Source: Paraspadella gotoi (lineage: Eukaryota > Animalia > Chaetognatha). From it: DNA of 64,000 nucleotides. The notes under the pieces were generated by a model, which saw only the letters and a list, made by a program, of their open reading frames with translations, made no database searches and had not been told where the DNA came from. The translations under genes and the position numbers were made by a program. Positions 52,529-64,000 of the stretch are shown here, one piece after another. Location of the stretch: assembly GCA_051294375.1 (NCBI GenBank), contig CM119269.1, positions 7,139,066 to 7,203,065 on the forward strand. The letters run 5' to 3'. Positions within the stretch are counted from its first letter, which is position 1; the number at the start of each line of letters is the position of its first letter.

Positions 52529-55500
52529 TAACAAAGTCTTTTTAACAAATTAATTTTCCCAAAAGGCTTAATTTCAAAACGCATAACATACGCGTTGTAT
52601 ATATACAATAAATATTTTAGAAACAAAAAATATACCAACGTTTATGTTAAAATTGTAGAGAGCTGGAAAAAGTTCGGAAAGCGCAGAGCGACACAAAGAC
52701 GCAGACGACGACGAGACGACTTGAGAGCAAAGAGAGAAGAGCAGCAGCATGAAGAGAGAGACGAGAGCAGAGATAGAGCATAGATAGTATTAAGAACCAA
52801 TTTCTTTTTACGAATTAATCTCTACAGGCTTTTCCTTAAATAAACCCAAAACGTCTAAACTTATAAATAAAAAAATAAATTTGAAAAAATAATAATCAAA
52901 AAAAATAAGAATTCAATTTGCTTTTCTCCAAATCTTTGGATGTTCATTCTTGTTGAACTGACAATGTCGCACGACTGCGCATCCTGCGCGCAGGCACATC
53001 AACTCACAAACTATAATGCTCAACAAAAATGCCAGACGAAGAGGAGCAAAGCGACGAATTCCTCGGCGGCCTTTGGCTCATTGAAATGACCATCGCGCCC
53101 ACAGAAGTTTAACACTCACATCGCGCCACAGAATTCTAACATCGAGCCGACAATTTTTTTAAACATGGCTTGGCTCTTCAGGCGCCACTTCACCATTATT
53201 TTCTGACATGCGAATCCAATACCAAAGAAGCGAAATCTAGAAGGAACATGCGCTCTGCAGCTCCTTGCGAACGAGACAATTATCAACCATAAACTCTCCA
53301 GGCTGAGCACGCTCTCTCCTCTCTCTCTCTCTTCTCTTCCTCTCATCTCTCTCTCTCTCCTATCTTCTCTTCTTTAAAATCACTGCTTAATATTTATTGT
53401 CCCTTTTTAAGGTCAAAATTGCCAAAGTACAGCGAAGTCGCCACGAGCCGCTAATCATCGCTTGTTGTTGTTGTAGTTCTTTTTCTTTCCTCCTTCCTAC
53501 TCCTCCCCCTCCTCCTCCATCCACCTCCTCTTCTTCCTTCCTCCTCCCTCCCTCTCCTAGCATCTTCCTTCCCTTCTCATTCCTCCTCCTTCCTCATACC
53601 TCCTCCTCCTCTCCCTCCTCATCGCCAGAGGTAATATTCGTTGTTGATTTGTTTTGTAGCTCTTTCCTCTTCCCTCCTCCTACTCCTCCCGATCCTCTCT
53701 CCCTTCTCCACCCTTCTCCTTCTTTCTCCTACTGCCTCCTCTTCCCTCTCCCTCAACCTTCTACCCTCCTCATTTCCTTCCTCCTCCTTCTTCCTCTCCC
53801 ACCTCATTCTCCTCCTCCCTTACCTCCCCTTCCCCCTCCTCTTACCCATCCTCCTTCCCTTTAATCCTCCTCCTCCCTTCCTACCTCCTCCTTTTCCTTC
53901 CCTCCCTCTTCCCTCTTCCTCTCCCTAATCCTCTCCCTCCTCCTTTCCTCTTCCTTCCCTTCTCCTTTCCTCCTCCTCCTCCTCCTCCTCCAGAACTGAA
54001 GGACGATGTTGCGACCAAGAAGTATGCCCCGCGCAATGCACGTCTTCGTTGCGAGAAAGCCCTTCGCGCTTTTTTCAAAGTCACCTACGCGAATTGGCGG
54101 AATCTTCCATCTATCTCTACAGTTTTGCGGGAATGCTTGCCATTTTGGCCTGGAAATGCGCCTTGAGAGAATCAGGGCGTCGGGCCAAGCGGCGCGAGCG
54201 GTTTTTTTGGGATCTTGGAAAAATCAACAGCTTTGAAATTGAAGATTTAAAACTGGCCCGTGGCGGTGTGTTTAATGGCGAAAGAGAGAAGTCATGAGTT
54301 GAATGGATTATCTCTGGTTAGATCTGATAACAAAAACAGACGACGACGACGGACGACGACGACGACGAAAAATGGGGTTTTAAGTTTAAAAAATATTAAA
54401 CTAAATTAAATATATTATTTTTTTTGTTCTTTCTTTTGAAGCAAACGCAAAAAAAGTGGTTAGAAAATGGTGTGGCGCCGGCGTTTGGCCGACTGCCGTG
54501 GCGTGTCTTAGGTCGTGACGTAATGTGGCCGTAGCGCTTTAAAACTTAGATATAACAAATTTCTTTCTGACAATGGCCGTTATCCGCCTTGAGGTTGAAC
54601 GTTAAAGGCCCCAGTGCGCATCGTTCGTCCTCTGTCCGTCTCCCAATTTATCAACTGTATATAGAATTGATTACATAAACGGCAAACTTGGCCCTGATTA
54701 TGACCAAATTGACTTGATTGTTGGAAAGCACCATGGCTGCTGCACGCGACGAAGAAAGTTAATTCTGGCTTTCATGAAAAAAATTAAATAAAAAACAATT
54801 AAATTCTGTAATAGATTAAATTAATAAAACATTAAATTTAACTTAAACAAATTAGCACAAACTCGGATTCCCAGATTAAACTTCACTTTTTTTATTTCAT
54901 TTCTTTTATTTCATTGTTTGTAATAATATATATATATATATATATTGAGACTTTTTACAGTCTCTCCGCCCGTCCTGTCCCTCCGTCCGTCCCAAATGCC
55001 TGCAAATAAAAATTCTTTTCGCTTTAAAATTCACGGGCTCTTTTTTTCGAATTCTCTCTCTTTTTTCTTTTTTTTTTCCATAATTTTTTATTGGTTTTTT
55101 TCTTTCATTTTTTTCAGTATGTCTACAGTTTTTCCGTTAATTTCCTGGCTGTTAGTACTACAATATTGTAAATATAAAACTGACTTTAGTTAACATTTTT
55201 TCTTCCTTACCTTTCACTCTTACATCAAAACTGAATTAAGTATTTTATTTTTATCTCATCCCTTTTCTTCTTTTCTCTTCTCTTTTTTTATTTTTGAATA
55301 CATAATTTATTTATTTTTATTTTTTTTCATTTCTCTCTCCTCATTTAAAGCAACGTTTCCTTTATAACTTCCTTCATTTAATTTCACCTTCTCTTTTTCA
55401 GCTTTATTTTCCTTCAACCGCTTATTTCTTTTCATTCTTTCTTTCTGCTAAACTTTTCAATCTTTTTTTTTCTCCTTTCTTCGCCCTTTCCTCTCTTTTC

Positions 55501-56384
55501 TTATCTTTTAATTATCTGTTTTCTCTCCTTTCTTCGCTCTTTCCTCCCTTCTCTTATCCTTTATTTTTATTTTCTCCTTTCTCAGCCATCTTTACTCTCT
55601 TTTTTTTCTCTCTNNNNNNNNNNTCCTTTCTCCACTCTCCTCTAATTTCTCATCCTCTTTTCTTCTTTTTTCTTCTTTTAATCATTACCTTCCTTCCTTC
55701 TTTCCTCTTCATTTTTTTCCTTTCCTTTTTTCCCTCTCCTTTTGTCTTCCTCCTTTTTCCCATTCCCGCGTTAATTGATAAATCGGCGACTCAATTTCCC
55801 GGTCTGTCTAAGAAGAAAAAAAAACCTCCAACGAGCCCAACCGTAGCTAATCAATTACTTGTACTAACATTGGCTAAATTTCATTATGTCCGACTAATTA
55901 ATCGTAATTTTGTTTTTCCCGCCCATTTTCTCTTCGTCGGTATCGACTGTATTTTCTGTATCGACAGAATCGGTGTATCGGGTTTAAAACGACGACGAAT
56001 CTTGGATGAATTTGACGCCAATGTTGTTTGTTATTCTAAAGAAATTAAATACGAGGAAGACAAAGTATTACGTGCTGTTTGCTGATTGCTGACGGAGATC
56101 GCTTTCTTTTAANNNNNNNNNNNNNNNNNNNNNNNNNNNNNNNNNNNNNNNNNNNNNNNNNNNNNNNNNNNNNNNNNNNNNNNNNNNNNNNNNNNTCCCC
56201 CCAAAAACCACCTCCTCGATCCCCCAACCCAAATGTAAGTCTGTCATCGAAGGCAAATATTTTCTCTTCCTCCTTCACTGATAACCGAGCATTTTTGGCT
56301 CCGCGCAAATATTAAGGAGAGGAAGGATCGTGTCTGAGCCCGACTGAGTGGAGGGGAGGAGAAGTTTGGATGTAGTAGTTGAGG

Positions 56385-56600
56385 CTGAAGTTGTGGTTGT
56401 GGTTGAGGTCGAGTCGAGTCGAGTCGAGTCTGAGTTGAGTTGAGTTGAGTTGAGTTGAGTTGAGTTGAGTCTGAGTGAAGTTGAGTTGAAGTTGAAGTAT
56501 GAGTGGAAGTTGGAGTTTGAGTTGAGTTTGAAAGTTGAAAAGTTTGAGCGTGAAGTTGGAGTTGAAGTTTTTGAAGTTGATTGGAAGTTTGAGTTTGAAG
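56385..56600 (+). repeat. (GAGTC)n, (GAGTT)n and (GAAGTT)n compound microsatellite
   Basis: Seen directly; it accounts for the NSTQL-repeat ORF at 56312-56671. Confidence 0.9.
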
Positions 56601-59600
56601 GTGCAGTTTAGCTTAGAGGAGAAAATGCACTCTAGTAACGGTTTGTAATTTTGTGGATGAAAAAATAACATTTTCGGAAAAGCTTTTTTTTTAAACTTCT
56701 AGTTCTTAACAACCGGAAATTAAAAAAAAATTAGGTTAAAGATTAGTGATTAAAAAGTACCGATTTTCATTACGTAAAAAGGCTGTCCTATTCTTTTTTG
56801 ATTATTTGAAAACTTATTTGTTTATTTATCATTTAGTTAAAAGGCTGGATATTGATTTTGATCTTTGGTCATCTAGCGGCATATATAAATCATCAATATT
56901 TATGTCCAAGGAAATATAGTAAAGCTTAGGGAACGTGGAACCCCCCGCCCATGCCCAAACGCTCAATGCTGTGCCCAAGTACACTTCGTTTATTTTTTCC
57001 TCTGGCAAGAGAGCTTTCGTTCTATTAAACCGGCGCGGCCACAGAGGGAGCCACTCGCGCGAAGGCGTGGCTCCGTCACGTGGGCTTGGTCTCGTGGGGT
57101 CGGCGTCTTTAACGTCTTCCGTCGAGTTTATCACAAACGCTCGGTCTCTCCCTTTAACGTCAGCCGAAGAAGTTCGAGAGAGGCCCAGTCTCGACTCGTT
57201 ATTTGCTTCTCGCTTTTTGCCACTCGGTCCGGCCTCTCGCCAGGGGCTAATCGCCACCCGCAGTTTCGAAAAAAAAAGGAAAAAAACAAAAAAACAACAA
57301 CAATCACACTTAGAAAACAAAGGCGCGATCGTCTCCAGCGAAACCGTCGCATTAGCGCAAGATTGCGTCGCGCAAAACAGTCGAGGTAAAAGGGAAGTAT
57401 CGTTCGCGATTGCCTAAACATCGAGAGTCGCGAATCAATCGCGTTTTTGCGCAAAAAAAGTTGCAAAGTCGCGAGAACTCGCGGCGAAAGTCTATAAGTC
57501 ACTTTTCGATGGGTTGGTCGGTCGGTCGGATGGTTCGTCCCTTGCCGTAGGTCGTTGGTCTATCCCGCTTTCATATTTAATGATCATAAGTCGGGTTATA
57601 TTGCGTCAATTATTATATATCAAGTTATTGTGGATAATGATTAGCGGGTTGATTAGTTATGAGTAAATGCTTCTTGTGCCTATGTATACTACCACATTGA
57701 AATACAGTCACGATATTACAGATTACTCATTAAGAAAGTCGCTGCTTAGCAACGCATTAGAATTGCCATATTTATTTTATTTCCCCATGGAGCTCTCGTC
57801 CCTNNNNNNNNNNNNNNNNNNNNNNNNNGCCGTCCTCGCATTCGCTCTAGACACAATGAAAAAATAACGTGGCGAAACGCGATCCGCCTCGGTGATCGAT
57901 TTTTCTATCCCCTTTAAAGATTGTTCTGAGCTTAATAATGACCATTTACTTTTCGGGTAATATCTGTGCGATGATATCACGATAGATGCGAACGATTACG
58001 TATCCTCTGAACCCGATAACGCCCATTTGCATCCATGCAACTAAATAAATCAGCGCTAAACTAGATCAAAAATAGTTCAAAAAAGGATGCAAGCAATATA
58101 GCTCGAAACGCTTACAAAGATTTTGAAGACCATTGCTTTTATAAAAATCGCAAAAAAACAATATTCTAATATTATTTATAAAAACCCAATAACTTAACCG
58201 CATAAACTTAATAGTTAAACCGAGACCCATAGGATGAATATTTTTACCCACAAATCATTTCCTACAAAGATTCTCTATCTATTGCGAATGAGTCCAGTAT
58301 CTGTCTTGTAAATAGACTTAATTAATCCTAGAAATAAACCAATATGACAAATTCAATTTTCAATTTTTCTTTATGATATTGTGGGAAGTTTTTCCTCTGC
58401 TTACTCCCCCTTTAGCGTCGTTCCCTACATTATTAATACTTATTACAAAGTATTTTCTTCCATCATAAAACCCTATATAATACCTATATTTTTCACCTTT
58501 TTTTCAATTCTTTCAAACAAAAAACTAACATCATAGAAAGACAAATTTTGAAATTAATAAAAAAAAAAAGTGATTGAATTGATTTTGGAAAAATAAAATA
58601 ATTTAAAACTTGAGAATAATGGTATGATGAGTCCAAGAACAAATCAAGCAAGTTTCTCCTTGCAACTTCTTTAAAAAAATATCAGCCCTCTCAGCCTTTC
58701 GATTTTTGTTCTTCTCTTTTCTACGCAGACGCGCCTTTGAATTATTTTTCTTCGTTTATTATTCTTTCCCCTCATCCAGGTTCGAATGTCATTTTTCAAC
58801 TTTTCTATACGCTGCAAGACACCATTAGCTTCTCCAAGTGCATGAGCATCTTTATATCGGAGACTGCAAAATTTTCTTTTCATCACTCTAATCTTCTCCA
58901 AACAATTTGAAAAACCACAATTTACAAGACTTCTAAATTAGGGCTTTTTTGGACGCGTGGGAAAAAAATAAACCAAAACTAACATTATCCTATACTGACA
59001 TCGCGGAGCCTACATCCTCGGAACATCACGAACACACATCGTTGAACTTATTGTTCCTAAATGACGAAAACAAATATTATCTCTTCAAGTTTTATTTTCT
59101 GAAATTTAAGTATTGTACCAATTAGATAATAAGCCTGCATCATGCAATGTAGTACAATCGCCGCTTTGCCGAATCATAATTTTTTATGTTAAGCAAAACG
59201 ATTTGACTGCGTATCTTTAAAAAAGTCGTATTTTTTTTTAAATGAACGTTTGTGTACAGAGAAATTGAAGAAGATTTCAGGTAGCAAAGGCTGTCTGATG
59301 TAGGGACTAGTCCAAATTTAAAGCGCTAATTCATCCGGACACCTTCCTAAACGATAAAGCTCTTTAATTAAGTTAAATCCAGTAAATCTTTAAGCACAGC
59401 TTTTGTTTAAATCAGAGTTAAAAGCCTATATACCAGTTTTTGTTGTTGCGCTGTTAAAAAAAAATCGCAATTCGGCATAGGCATGATATGAATAATTTTT
59501 TTCTTCTTTCTTGTGTACATTTGAAAAGGATAAAGACTTGAATTACATTTTTTTATTAATTTAAATTTCTTTATCCATAAAATCTGCTATTATTTTGTTC

Positions 59601-61254
59601 AGGCTTCGTTAAAGTAAAAAAAACAAGCAAACAAATTATGTTGTAGGCTTGAAGTAAAATTATTTTAAATATTAAAAATGATAAATACAAAAAATATGTT
59701 TTTCAGCTGATTATGAAACCCAGGTCTGGGACATCTAGCCTTCTTGTCTGTGAAAAAAAAATCGTCATTTCATATCTTTAAGCTGCAACCGTTAAGAACA
59801 GCTTGACACTGCTTTGTTATCAGTAATACAAGTTGTAAAAAATTTATATAGGCTGGTTAAAATATTTGACAAAAGCAAAACATCATTTGTGTTAAAATTG
59901 TATTGATAATTTTTTTTTTAAATCTAGCAAGGAATTAATTTATTATTTATTCATCCATTTTAATTTAAGAAAAAATATCTTCGTTAATTAGCCTATTGGG
60001 AAAAGGGGTTCATTGAGTGACTTAATGATGAAATTTTTAGATTTCTTTACTGCCCCCATTTTCACAAGATATTAAAAGAGTAACATGGATTATCATTGTC
60101 CAAAAAGTCCAGATTTACTCTGCTACCCTTTCTGCCAAACCTTGATTCCAAATCTTTTCCCTTTTATTTCCCTTTTCAAATTGCTATAATAAAAAAAATA
60201 ATTTTCAGAGAACCCAAAATTCGGCTGGAGTCGACTGCCATTCGGTAAGCCTTAGTATACGCCCACTTCCCGATCGAATTTTAAATGAGCGTTTTTATTT
60301 CCAATCTATTTGAGACATAACACTAATATTAGTAACATAGTTTCTTAAATTTTTTTTATACGAATTCTATGAAAAATATGGGAATAGAACTTTTTTTAAA
60401 AAAAATTTTATCATCTTTCACCCTATATTCCAGTCAATCTAAAAAACAAAAAAAGATTTTGCATTGATATTTTGAAATTATCAACATATGAAAAACTATA
60501 ACGTTTCAAAAAAATACAAAAAAAATTAAGTATAATTATATTTGAACTCACGGAATTTTTATATCTCGAGGCACCACTCAGCGTCTCTGTTTGTCGAGTC
60601 ATAAAAATGCAGGTGGAATTGACTTTGATTCTCTCGCGGAAAGATAAGGACAACAACAACAACAAGGAAAAAATAAGGTTGGCTAAGACACGGACAACGA
60701 CGACGACGACGACGACGACCTCGGTTCTGAAAAGAAAGCCAAAACAAACAAATAAACAACGACGACGACAACAACGAATCCGCTTAAACGACGATGACTG
60801 GAACCGATGGAAAAAAATTGTCAGCCGAACGCAACAAGAAAATGACAACGATGAGGGTGACAACGACAATGACGGTGACGGCAAAAAAACGAACTTCTTA
60901 CGACAATGTCAGCCATGACGAATAATACAAAATGGGGATAAAATGTAAACAAAAATTATGCGTTAAACATACGTAAGCCTCGGAACTTTTCTGCTCAGGT
61001 CTCGGAAAAAACCGCTCCATTTTCTACGAAATTGATCGATACAAAATTCGATTCGTGAACCAAGGGACCAATCATGACTGAACCAACACGAACGTTATCT
61101 TCAACCGAAAACTCAGAAAGTCAACAGTCGAGGAAAATTAGACGCAAAGACGAGAGATTTTCTCTTCTTCCTCCCTTTTGTATCTTCTTCCTCCCTTCCT
61201 ATTCTTTTCTTCTCCGTTCTTCCGCTATATTATGCTTTTTTTTTCTCTCTTTTC

Positions 61255-61424
61255 TCTCTTATTTCTTTCGCTTCTTCCTCTTTCTTTTATTTCTCCTTTC
61301 GCTTCTTCCATTCGCTCCTTCCATTTTCTTTTCTTTCTTTCGCTTCTTCCTCTTTCTTTTCTTTCCCCTTCCGATTCCTCCATCCGCTCCTTCCATTTTC
61401 TTTTCTTTCTTTCGCTTCTTCCTC
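61255..61424 (+). repeat. 72 bp pyrimidine-rich tandem repeat running into a gap
   Basis: CGCTTCTTCCTC recurs at 61269, 61341 and 61413. Confidence 0.8.
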
Positions 61425-61990
61425 NNNNNNNNNNNNNNNNNNNNNNNNNNNNNNNNNNNNNNNNNNNNNNNNNNNNNNNNNNNNNNNNNNNNNNNNNNNN
61501 NNNNNNNNNNNNNNNNNNNNNNNNNNNNNNNNNNNNNNNNNNNNNNNNNNNNNNNNNNNNNNNNNNNNNNNNNNNNNNNNNNNNNNNNNNNNNNNNNNNN
61601 NNNNNNNNCTTAGTTATTTCGAGGGCATTTACCCCCCCTGCTCCTCCTCGGATCAAAGCCCCCGGATGAGAGTCTCGCTTCTTCCTCGTTGGAAAAACCT
61701 TTCTCGGTTCTAGCGACACGTTTTCCTCGCTTTCCGTCCTGACCTCTCTGTCGACCTCTCTCTCCTTCTTTCCTTCCTTTCTTCTCTCACTTTTTTCCTT
61801 TTTTTTTCTTATTTCTTATCCTTTTTCTTTTCTTTTCTTACCTTCTCTTTCCTTTTTTCTCTATTTTACATTTTTTCTTTTCTTTTTTTTTATTTTCTTT
61901 TTTATCTTCTCTTATTTTTTCATTTCTTTTCTCTTCTTGTCATTTCATTTTAGCTTCTTTCTTTAAACGTTTAACTTTAAATCTTTTTTA

Positions 61991-62021
<31 letters not shown>

Positions 62022-62934
62022 NNNNNNNNNNNNNNNNNNNNNNNNNTCTCTCGCTCTCTCTTCTCTCTCATGGCCGTATACTCAGAAGCCTCGTATCAGT
62101 GCAGCGTCCGGGAGCCAGCCGCGCGGCGGCCAGAGCGGCTGGCTCCCTGCCTTCGACTTACGTCGCTCGACTCTTCTTTACTCCTCTTCCTCATTCCTTC
62201 TCCTTTATCTCCCGATCCGCGCGGCTGCACAGTCGATCCGATCGGAGCTGCAGCCGGTGAACTTACTCTATTTCTCTCTCTCGTTACCCTTCGTCAAGCC
62301 GCCGAGGCTCTGTCTCTTGGCCTCCGAGCGGTTTCTCGTATTATGGGTTTCGCGCGGGATCCTGGGAGTCTTTTTTGACAAAAAAAGAAGAAAAAAAGAA
62401 AGAAAGAAAAAGATCATGAAAAAAATATTACAAAATTGCAAACAATTAAAATAAACCATATGAACAAACGAAATAAATAAGGAAAGTATAAGGAACGGGC
62501 GTGTCTAGAAAAAATTACTGAGGAATATTAAACAGAAAATTATCAATAACAAGTGAAAAAATTTTCTATATTCTGTTCCTTTTATCTTTAATTTATAAAG
62601 ATTTTGAGGCTAAAAAATAATAATATTACGAAAAAAGATATTAAATCTAACATTAATGATTAAATTATGCTGAAAACAATTTTGAAAATCATTGATTAAA
62701 GATGAAAAATGATCGCAAATAAATTATATATATAATTTGCATTTTTGTTACGCGAGGACGTAGAGATGATAAATAGTCGCAAAAATTTTTAATCAAGTAG
62801 AATCAAAAATTCAGCTTGCACCTGTGAATATTCTTTAAATAAAAAAAAAATTCTGTATTTTCAATTTTAAACATGAGTATACATCTGGCAAAGCTTCACT
62901 CTCTGGGACACGGGTTAGCAATATCTTTACAAAA

Positions 62935-63222
62935 CCACACAATTTATAAAAATTATCCAATTATGTCGAGCTGTTTTAATTAAATAGGCCTCATCTTCGC
63001 CCCTGACTTTAGACAGGCTTTGCGGTGGGCTTTTGAAGCGCGCCCCCATCACTCTTATCAAGATATCTCCTAACATGGCAGGTCCCTGCAAGCTCCTCAA
63101 TCAAGACTCTCTCAGTCTCCCGATCTCTTTTCTATTCATCCCAGAGTACCTGAGCTTCCCTATCGGCAACGAGGTGCGGCTATTAATTTTCAAAGAATGT
63201 TATCAAATGATTGTAATAATAT
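62935..63222 (-). mobile_element. Copy of the ~260 bp mini-PLE terminal module
   Basis: Reverse complement matches 27035-27270: GATAGGGAAGC, CAGGTACTCTGGGA, GAGAGTCTTGATTGA, GCTTGCAGGGACCTGC, AAAGCCTGTC, GGATAATTTTTATA. Confidence 0.8.
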
Positions 63223-64000
63223 AATGTGTTCTTGCACCAATGTGATTGCTTTATAAAGAAGATATTATTTTTAAAAAAATATTTTCTTAAAATAAAAAGA
63301 GAATTAGTTTGATTTAACCAATTGATTATTTTTTGATTATTTTTTTGATTACTGACAGAACTATTCAAAACAAAATGTAAACATATTTATTAATTGTTTT
63401 TTTTAAAAAAACATAGTTTAATTATTTAAAATGTTTATGCTCTCTTTTGCCTTATATTCAACCTTACAATGCGAGTTCATTAACTTCTCATTTCGCATAT
63501 TCAAGTCCCCTCGATCTTTTCTTACTAACCTTTTGAGCATACTTGATCTCCCGGCTGTGTATCTAATTTCCATAAATATGTTCTGATGATGTATTTTTGA
63601 AAGTTTTTGAAAATCTGAATCTAGATCTAGGCAGTAATAATAGAGTTTGAAAACAAAATACTGATAATACCATTGCATAAATACTTGCTAAACGATAGAA
63701 ATAGAGAGTGAGACGGCAAGAGCAAAAGAGAGTCAAGAGAGAGCGCTAACGAGAAGAGAGAGAGAGAGAGAGGAGAAGAGAGAGACGAGATCGCCCCCGA
63801 TCCGCTCGGACTTCGACCGGAAGAAGCCCGAGCACCTCAACATCGAGAGAGAGAGAAAAATCTCCCCGATCGTCCGAGCGCGAAGAGAAGCCCCGGAAGG
63901 AAAGTGACGCGTCGGCAGCCGGCGCGCCGCTGCTCCGGGGGACGGCTGGCGTCCGGGAGAGCTGAGTAGTATGACTCCTCTCTCTCTCTTCTCTCTCTTC

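Noticed and set aside
56829-57502. Overlapping 120-160 aa ORFs in a GC-richer patch
   Set aside because: No recognisable domain, ORFs of similar length on both strands, and poly-A runs inside them.
232-63678. ER-rich, SL-rich, F-rich and X-containing ORFs in the ORF track
   Set aside because: They are translations of (GA)n/(CT)n, (GTCC)n, (AAAT)n and (GAC)n tracts or of N gaps, and occur on both strands with no domain signal.

Overview
AT-rich eukaryotic DNA, probably from an invertebrate animal, dense in (GA)n, (GAC)n, (GTCC)n, (GAAT)n and (AAAT)n microsatellites. I recognise no host gene with confidence, and nearly all ORFs in the track are translated microsatellite. Much of the window is redundant, indel-rich sequence around 25-N gaps, as expected of long-read gap filling: 176-14200 is the inverse of 20164-29130, 18456-20138 repeats 29130-30650, 38874-40468 repeats 41776-43565, and 45421-48545 repeats 48660-51800. 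The main biological feature is a ~4.8 kb Penelope-like retroelement (PLE) on the minus strand at 2468-7263. It has the permuted Naiad architecture (N-terminal GIY-YIG with CCHH, CxC linker, RT) and ~800 bp direct pseudo-LTRs (pLTRs). The second copy of the same locus carries a different insert at the same (TATAC)-rich site and in the same relative orientation: a non-coding ~580 bp partial-tandem element at 26702-27279. It shares the Naiad's 5' leader motif and 3' terminus, and related pieces recur four more times in the window, so it looks like a non-autonomous mini-Naiad family. Also present are a LINE 3' fragment, a DINE/Helentron-like element, several minisatellites and two structured-RNA candidates. 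Coordinates in noisy regions are approximate (about +/-20 bp), and protein motifs were read by eye across frameshifts.
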